Below are positions 58,673 through 64,000 of a stretch of DNA of 64,000 nt, piece after piece. Under the pieces are notes generated by a model, which was not told the DNA's origin, did not search any database, and saw nothing but the letters and a program-made list of their open reading frames with translations. Positions within the stretch are counted from its first letter, which is position 1. Every line of letters begins with the position of its first letter. Made by a program: the position numbers and the translations under genes. The stretch spans positions 1,418 to 65,417 of the forward strand of contig JACQHR010000002.1 of the NCBI GenBank assembly GCA_016198905.1. The letters run 5' to 3'. This stretch comes from Candidatus Omnitrophota bacterium (lineage in GTDB: Bacteria > Omnitrophota > Gorgyraeia > Aquiviventales > Aquiviventaceae).

Positions 58673-60565
58673 ATGGACGCGCACGCACACGCGTCAGATC
58701 CCGCACGGCAGATGCGCGCGGTCGTCGGCAGCCAACTCATCTTTCTGACGCTCTTCCTGCTGCCGCTGCTGGGACTGCTGTTTCCCGCGCATCTCTCGAA
58801 GATCGTCATCGGGGACGGTCTGCTGCTGGGGATCGTCGCCGTCCTCTTGCGCACACGCTTGTTCTCAACCGACCACAAGGTGATCGGCGTGCAGTTTCTC
58901 ATCACCAGCCTCGTCATGCTCTTCATCGGGGGCTCGCTGGCGATGCTGATCCGTCTGCAGCTGGGCTGGCCGCAACACGTGAAATACGCGCAGGGCTGGC
59001 CGCATCAGGCGTTTCTCGTCCTCGAGAAGATCCTTCCGGGAGGTTTTCCGAGCGGCGGGGGCATCATGGATGCCGGGTTCTACAACATGCTCTTTACGAT
59101 GCACGGCTCCATCATGATTTTCTTCGCGATCATCCCCTTGCTCGTCGGAGTGTTCGGCAACTATCTCATCCCGCTCAAAATCGGCGCCGGCGACATGGCG
59201 TTTCCGAAGCTCAACGCGATTTCGTATTGGCTCATGCCCCCCGCGATTGCGATTGTCTGCGCCGGCTTCTTCATGCAGTCGGGGGCGGCGGCGGCCGGGT
59301 GGACCGCGTATGCGCCGCTCTCCACAACGCTCGGACCCGGGCAGGTCTGTTGGATCGTGGGCGTCATCGTCCTGGGGGTGTCCTCCATCATGGGGGCGGT
59401 CAACTACCTGACGACGATCATTAATCTTCGAGCGCCTGGCATGTCTTTCTTTCGTCTGCCATTGGCCATTTGGGCGCTGTTCATTACGGCGGTGATGGTC
59501 TTGCTGGCAACACCAGTCCTTGCCTCGGCATTGATCCTCCTCCTGCTGGATACGACGCTGCACACGAGCTTTTTCCTGCCAGCCGGGATGGTGATCGATG
59601 GGGTCGCACAGGCGCACAGCGGCGGACAGGTCCTCTTGTGGCAGCACCTGTTCTGGTTCTACTCGCATCCGGCGGTGTACATCATGATTCTACCGGCGAT
59701 GGGGATCGCCTCGGAAATCCTGCCGGTCTTTGCGCGCAAGCCGCTCTTTGGCTATCGCTCGATGGTCTACGCGATCATGGGCATCGCGGGCCTGGGGTTT
59801 CTCGTCTGGGCGCACCACATGTTCGCCAGCGGCATGAACCCAACACTCGGCACGAGCTTTATGGCCTCGACGATGGTGATCGCGCTGCCCTCGGCGATCA
59901 AGACCTTCAACTGGCTGGGGACGTTGTGGCGCGGCTCGATTCGGCTCACGACGCCGATGCTGCATGCGCTGGCCTTCGTCTCGATGTTCGTCATCGGCGG
60001 CTTGACCGGCATCTTCGCGGCCGCCTCACCGGTGGATCTCTACCTCCACGATACCTACTTCATCGTGGGCCACCTGCACTATGTGCTCTTTGGCGGCAGC
60101 CTCTTCGGGATTTTTGCGGGCATCACGTTCTGGTTTCCCAAGATGTTCGGGCGGATGTTGAACGAGACGCTCGGCAAAATCCACTGGGCGCTGACGCTGA
60201 TCTTCTTTAACGCCGTCATGTTTCCGATGTTCATCCTCGGCATCGCCGGCATGCCGCGGCGCATCTACGACTACACCAGTTACGCGCACCTGGCGCACGT
60301 CGGTGGGCTGAATCGCATGATGAGCCTCGCCGCGTTCTGTCTCGGGGCGGCACAGTTCATTTTCATCGTCAATTTCTTCTGGAATTTGTGCTTCGGCAAG
60401 AAAGCCGAGGACAATCCGTGGCAGGCAAACACCCTGGAGTGGGCGACGACTTCGCCTCCTCCGCATGGCAACTTCCCCACACCGCTTACGGTTTACCACG
60501 GCCCCTACGAATACAGCGTGCCCGGTCGCACAGACGACTGGCTGCCGCAACACATGAAAGCATAA
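58673..60565 (+). CDS. coxA: Cytochrome c oxidase subunit I, A2 type
   Basis: TDHKVIG, TMHG, FWFYSHPAVY, WAHHMF, HDTYFIVGHLHY, GMPRR. Confidence 0.97.
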   Translation: MDAHAHASDPARQMRAVVGSQLIFLTLFLLPLLGLLFPAHLSKIVIGDGLLLGIVAVLLRTRLFSTDHKVIGVQFLITSLVMLFIGGSLAMLIRLQLGWPQHVKYAQGWPHQAFLVLEKILPGGFPSGGGIMDAGFYNMLFTMHGSIMIFFAIIPLLVGVFGNYLIPLKIGAGDMAFPKLNAISYWLMPPAIAIVCAGFFMQSGAAAAGWTAYAPLSTTLGPGQVCWIVGVIVLGVSSIMGAVNYLTTIINLRAPGMSFFRLPLAIWALFITAVMVLLATPVLASALILLLLDTTLHTSFFLPAGMVIDGVAQAHSGGQVLLWQHLFWFYSHPAVYIMILPAMGIASEILPVFARKPLFGYRSMVYAIMGIAGLGFLVWAHHMFASGMNPTLGTSFMASTMVIALPSAIKTFNWLGTLWRGSIRLTTPMLHALAFVSMFVIGGLTGIFAAASPVDLYLHDTYFIVGHLHYVLFGGSLFGIFAGITFWFPKMFGRMLNETLGKIHWALTLIFFNAVMFPMFILGIAGMPRRIYDYTSYAHLAHVGGLNRMMSLAAFCLGAAQFIFIVNFFWNLCFGKKAEDNPWQANTLEWATTSPPPHGNFPTPLTVYHGPYEYSVPGRTDDWLPQHMKA

Positions 60566-60569
60566 GTCA

Positions 60570-60612
60570 GGGGCGCGGGGCAAGAGACGCGGGGCGGGGG
60601 AGTCCCCACCCC
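60570..60612. repeat. G-rich heptamer repeats / hairpin after coxA
   Basis: GGGGCGC GGGGCAA GAGACGC GGGGCGG then CCCCACCCC. Confidence 0.45.
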
Positions 60613-60652
60613 AACGGCATGACCCCCCACATCCCGACTGATCGAACGTAAG

Positions 60653-62410
60653 ATGCGTTCTCAACGATTACTTCATCGCTACGCCATCGTCACCGCCATC
60701 GCAACGTTCCTGCTCCTCATCGCAGGCAGCCTCGTGACGTCGACGGATTCCGGCCTTGCGGTGCCGGATTGGCCGTTCTCGTACGGCATGCTGTTTCCGC
60801 CGATGGTGGGCGGGATTTTCTATGAGCACGGCCATCGGATGATCGCCGGCGTCGTGGCCTTGCTCATCCTGGGGCTGGCGATCTGGACAGGACGCACCGA
60901 GTCTCGAGGGTGGGTCCGCCGGCTCAGTTACGCGGCACTTGGGGGTGTCCTGCTGCAAGCACTGCTGGGCGGGTTGACCGTCCTTTTGCTCCTGCCGCCG
61001 CAGATGTCCATCGCGCACGCGTGTGTGGGCCCGACGGTGTTCTGTCTCGTGGTCTGCCTCGCGCATGCGACGGCGCCGACATGGATTGAGACGCCGGCGC
61101 CGCTTGAACCTCGCGGGATGCCCTTCGTGCGCATCATTGGTCTTTTGACTATCGTGGCGGTGGCGGTGCAGTTCCTCTTGGGCGCGGTGATTCGGCATAC
61201 GGGGTACGGTGTCTCTGCGCATTTCGCAGGCGCAGTGACGGTGTGCCTCATAGCTGGATGGCTCGCGGCGCGAGTGGCCCCATTACGCGCGAGCGCGCCT
61301 CTGATCTGGCGACAGATGCTTCGGCTGCTGGCGCTGCTGGCCGTCCAAGTGTTCTTGGGGGTGTCAGTCTGGATGCATCGCGGGGCTGTGCCGCTTCGCA
61401 CGGGACATGTTGCGGTCGGGGCGCTCGTCCTGGCGCAATCGGTCATCCTCGCGTGGGAGATGGCTCAGCGGTCGAGGGTTGCGCGCGCGGACGCGACATC
61501 ACCAGCAAGCCCCGCATCAGGTGCCGCGCCATCCGCGCACGGATCGCTTCGCGCCGTCATCGTGGACTACCTCGAGCTGACGAAGCCAAGGCTCAGCGGC
61601 CTCGTGCTCATGACCACGGCCGTCGGATTTTGGCTGGGCGTGCCCGCCTCGAGTCGGGTCACGGCGTTCGCACCGCTCTTGATTGGCACCTGGATGGTCG
61701 TGGCCGGCGCCAATGCGTTCAATCAATGGATGGAACGCTCCTATGATGCGCTGATGCGTCGCACGCAGGATCGTCCGCTGCCGGCAGGGCGCCTGACGCC
61801 GGAGGCGGCGTTTCGTTTTGCCCTCATCCTATCCGTGGCAGGCTTGGCCTGTTTGATGTGGGCGGTGAATGCGTTGGCCGCTATCCTCGCGGCGATCGGC
61901 TGGGCCAGCTACGTGCTCCTCTACACGCCGCTCAAGCGCCGAAGCCCGTTGTGCACGCTGGTAGGCGCGGTGCCTGGAGCGCTGCCGCCGATGATCGGCT
62001 GGGCCGGGGCGCGCGGAACGCTCAATGCCGATGCGTGGCTGCTTTTTGCCATCCTCTTTATCTGGCAGCTACCGCACTTCCTTGCGTTGGTCATCCTGTA
62101 TCAAGAGGATTACGCGCGCGCAGGATTTCGCATGCTGCCGCTCGTGGACTCGGGTGAGATGGCGACCGCGCGGCAAACGGCACTCTATGGGCTGGCCCTG
62201 CTGCCCATCAGTCTCTTTCCGACGCTGATGGGCGTTGCGGGGCGCGCGTATTTCGTCGGTGCGACGATCCTCGGCTGCGGGTTTCTGCTCGTCGCATTGC
62301 GAGCCGCGTGGCTGCGGTCGCTGCCCACGTGTCGGCGACTCTTTCGCGCCTCGGTCGTGTATCTGCCGGCGCTGCTGGTGCTGTTGGCGATTGATCGTGT
62401 GCCCCGATGA
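60653..62410 (+). CDS. ctaB: Heme A synthase (CtaA)-heme O synthase (CtaB/CyoE) fusion
   Basis: N-half PDWP, EHGHR; C-half LTKPR, DALMRRTQDRPLP, YTPLKR, WQLPHF, EDYARAG. Confidence 0.9.
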   Translation: MRSQRLLHRYAIVTAIATFLLLIAGSLVTSTDSGLAVPDWPFSYGMLFPPMVGGIFYEHGHRMIAGVVALLILGLAIWTGRTESRGWVRRLSYAALGGVLLQALLGGLTVLLLLPPQMSIAHACVGPTVFCLVVCLAHATAPTWIETPAPLEPRGMPFVRIIGLLTIVAVAVQFLLGAVIRHTGYGVSAHFAGAVTVCLIAGWLAARVAPLRASAPLIWRQMLRLLALLAVQVFLGVSVWMHRGAVPLRTGHVAVGALVLAQSVILAWEMAQRSRVARADATSPASPASGAAPSAHGSLRAVIVDYLELTKPRLSGLVLMTTAVGFWLGVPASSRVTAFAPLLIGTWMVVAGANAFNQWMERSYDALMRRTQDRPLPAGRLTPEAAFRFALILSVAGLACLMWAVNALAAILAAIGWASYVLLYTPLKRRSPLCTLVGAVPGALPPMIGWAGARGTLNADAWLLFAILFIWQLPHFLALVILYQEDYARAGFRMLPLVDSGEMATARQTALYGLALLPISLFPTLMGVAGRAYFVGATILGCGFLLVALRAAWLRSLPTCRRLFRASVVYLPALLVLLAIDRVPR

Positions 62411-63036
62411 CGTCGACGGACGCGACGCGCCGGTATTTCAGTCTGGCGGGGGCGGTGGCCATCATGCTGACCGGCACCGCGCTCTGGATGGCGTATCGCG
62501 TCACCCCGCCGCCGCGCTCCGCACCGGCCTTGCACGATTATGGAGTCGTTCCCGCGTTTGCCTTGGTGGATAGCCGGCGCCAGCCGGTGACCCGCGAACG
62601 TTTGTCGGGATCGGTGTGGGTCGCCGACTTTATCTTCACGCGGTGCGCCGGCCAATGCCCCATAATGCATACGCAGATGGCGACGGTCTCCGACGCGTTT
62701 CGTCACGCGCCCGACGTGCGCTTCATCTCGTTCACCGTCGATCCGGCCCACGACACGCCGGAGGTGTTGGCCGTCTACGCCAGCCGGTATCGCGCGCAGG
62801 CGCGTCGCTGGCAGTTCGTGACCGGCGACCCTTCAGCGGTGCTCGCGCTGGCGCAGCAGGGGTTTCATCTTGGTGTCGTGCCGGAAGGGTCTGAACAGGA
62901 GCCAATCACGCACAGCGCGCGCCTCGTGCTGGTCGATCGCGCGAGCCACATCCGAGGCTACTACGATGCGACCGATCCCGAGGCGGTGCGCCGGCTTCAA
63001 GCGGATATCCGGCGCCTGCTGCAGGAGCGATCGTGA
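62407..63036 (+). CDS. SCO1/SenC copper chaperone
   Basis: FIFTRCAGQCP, VDPAHDTP, ITHS, IRGYYD. Confidence 0.93.
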   Translation: MTSTDATRRYFSLAGAVAIMLTGTALWMAYRVTPPPRSAPALHDYGVVPAFALVDSRRQPVTRERLSGSVWVADFIFTRCAGQCPIMHTQMATVSDAFRHAPDVRFISFTVDPAHDTPEVLAVYASRYRAQARRWQFVTGDPSAVLALAQQGFHLGVVPEGSEQEPITHSARLVLVDRASHIRGYYDATDPEAVRRLQADIRRLLQERS

Positions 63037-63449
63037 TGGCGCTGGCCGTTGGTCCTTCGCTGAACGCGGTCCTCAATGCGACGAGTGCGATCTTGCTCAT
63101 GGCGGGAGCGCTGTGCATCAAAGCCGGGCGCATCGGTGCGCACAGAGCCTGCATGCTCGCGGCCTGCGCAACCTCGACGCTGTTTCTCATCTCGTATGTG
63201 GCCTACCACGCGCAGGCGGGGTCGGTCCACTTTCGCGGCACCGGGTGGACCCGGCCCGCCTACTTCACCATCCTCATCAGCCATACGATATTGGCCGTGG
63301 TCATTGTCCCGCTGGCGGCGCGCACCCTGTTCTTGGCCGCGCGCGAACGGTTCGCCGATCATCGGGCGATGGCGCGCTGGACGCTTCCGGTGTGGCTCTA
63401 TGTGTCCGTGACCGGCGTCGTTGTGTACCTCATGCTGTATCGCCTTTAG
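63033..63449 (+). CDS. DUF420 (CtaM-like) membrane protein
   Basis: NAVLN, HRACM, FLISY, YFTILISH, WLYVSVTGVVVY. Confidence 0.9.
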   Translation: MMALAVGPSLNAVLNATSAILLMAGALCIKAGRIGAHRACMLAACATSTLFLISYVAYHAQAGSVHFRGTGWTRPAYFTILISHTILAVVIVPLAARTLFLAARERFADHRAMARWTLPVWLYVSVTGVVVYLMLYRL

Positions 63450-63461
63450 TGGCCGCATGAC

Positions 63462-63806
63462 ATGACAACTCCACGCCCACTACAACCGATAGCTCAGCAC
63501 AAGCACATCTTGGTTCGTATAACGTGGCCGCGTGGCCGCGTGGCCGCGATGTGCCTGGCGACCGCCGTCTCTATGTTGGCGCTTGCCGCCACCGCTCACG
63601 CGTGTCCTGCGTGCAAAGAGTCACTCTTCGACCCCGGCCAGCTACCTCAAAAACTGGCGACCGCGCGCGCCTACGCGCTCAGCATCGGTGTCATGCTGGC
63701 GGTTCCGGCGTGCCTCGTCGGCGGCATTACGACGTTGATCATCCGCAGCATCCGTCGGGCCCGGCGCGCGGCCGGTGCGGCCGCATCGCACTCACCGACG
63801 CCGTAA
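63462..63806 (+). CDS. Small membrane protein with CxxC after a signal peptide (oxidase-cluster associated)
   Basis: AHA-CPACK followed by one TM segment; start uncertain. Confidence 0.6.
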   Translation: MTTPRPLQPIAQHKHILVRITWPRGRVAAMCLATAVSMLALAATAHACPACKESLFDPGQLPQKLATARAYALSIGVMLAVPACLVGGITTLIIRSIRRARRAAGAAASHSPTP

Positions 63807-63822
63807 GCAGGGTGCTGCGCTG

Positions 63823-63851
63823 TTGACACCTCGATACTTTGGGGTTAGACT
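63823..63851 (+). promoter_or_regulatory. Sigma70-type promoter
   Basis: TTGACA-N17-TAGACT. Confidence 0.65.
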
Positions 63852-63895
63852 GCACCACAGATCGCCACACACTTACTCACCAGGGAGGTCATGAG

Positions 63896-64000
63896 ATGAA
63901 ACGAGCGAGTTGGGTTGTTGTAGGCGCCGTCATCTTCGTTGTTGCACAACCAGCATGGGCCGCGCGACTGGTCATTCACGACATGGCCGAATCCCCCCAG
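63896..64000 (+). CDS. Exported protein, 3'-truncated by the window edge
   Basis: GGAGGT RBS; MKRASWVVVGAVIFVVAQPAWA signal peptide. Confidence 0.6.
   Translation, partial: MKRASWVVVGAVIFVVAQPAWAARLVIHDMAESPQ

Overview
GC-rich bacterial chromosomal segment, almost all genes on the + strand. Gene content suggests a PVC-superphylum lineage such as Ca. Omnitrophota (inference only). It encodes a fused 2-oxoacid:ferredoxin oxidoreductase with NfnAB-like and a second GltD-like subunit, cspA, an ABC-F ATPase, two clusters of small envelope/stress proteins around an OmpR-family two-component system, a trehalose cluster (membrane-anchored otsA, otsB, DUF5752-like, treT), metH, rlmI-like, pgl, msrB, signalling and pilin genes, an AbiE-like type IV TA pair, a TadA/CpaF ATPase, a Zn/Mn uptake operon led by a CxxC/RAPP peptide, and an A2-type cytochrome c oxidase cluster. 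The most unusual signal is two ~290-nt intergenic elements (23302-23593 and 38190-38478, opposite orientations). They share a covarying double-hairpin core, but each has its own different perfect 21-bp terminal inverted repeat. Also notable: three promoters sharing four 11-bp-phased GTWAC boxes (a candidate regulon), an FNR/CRP-like site centred near -41.5, and heptamer-repeat hairpins, one inside the coxB reading frame. No rRNA, tRNA, CRISPR array or transposase was recognised.
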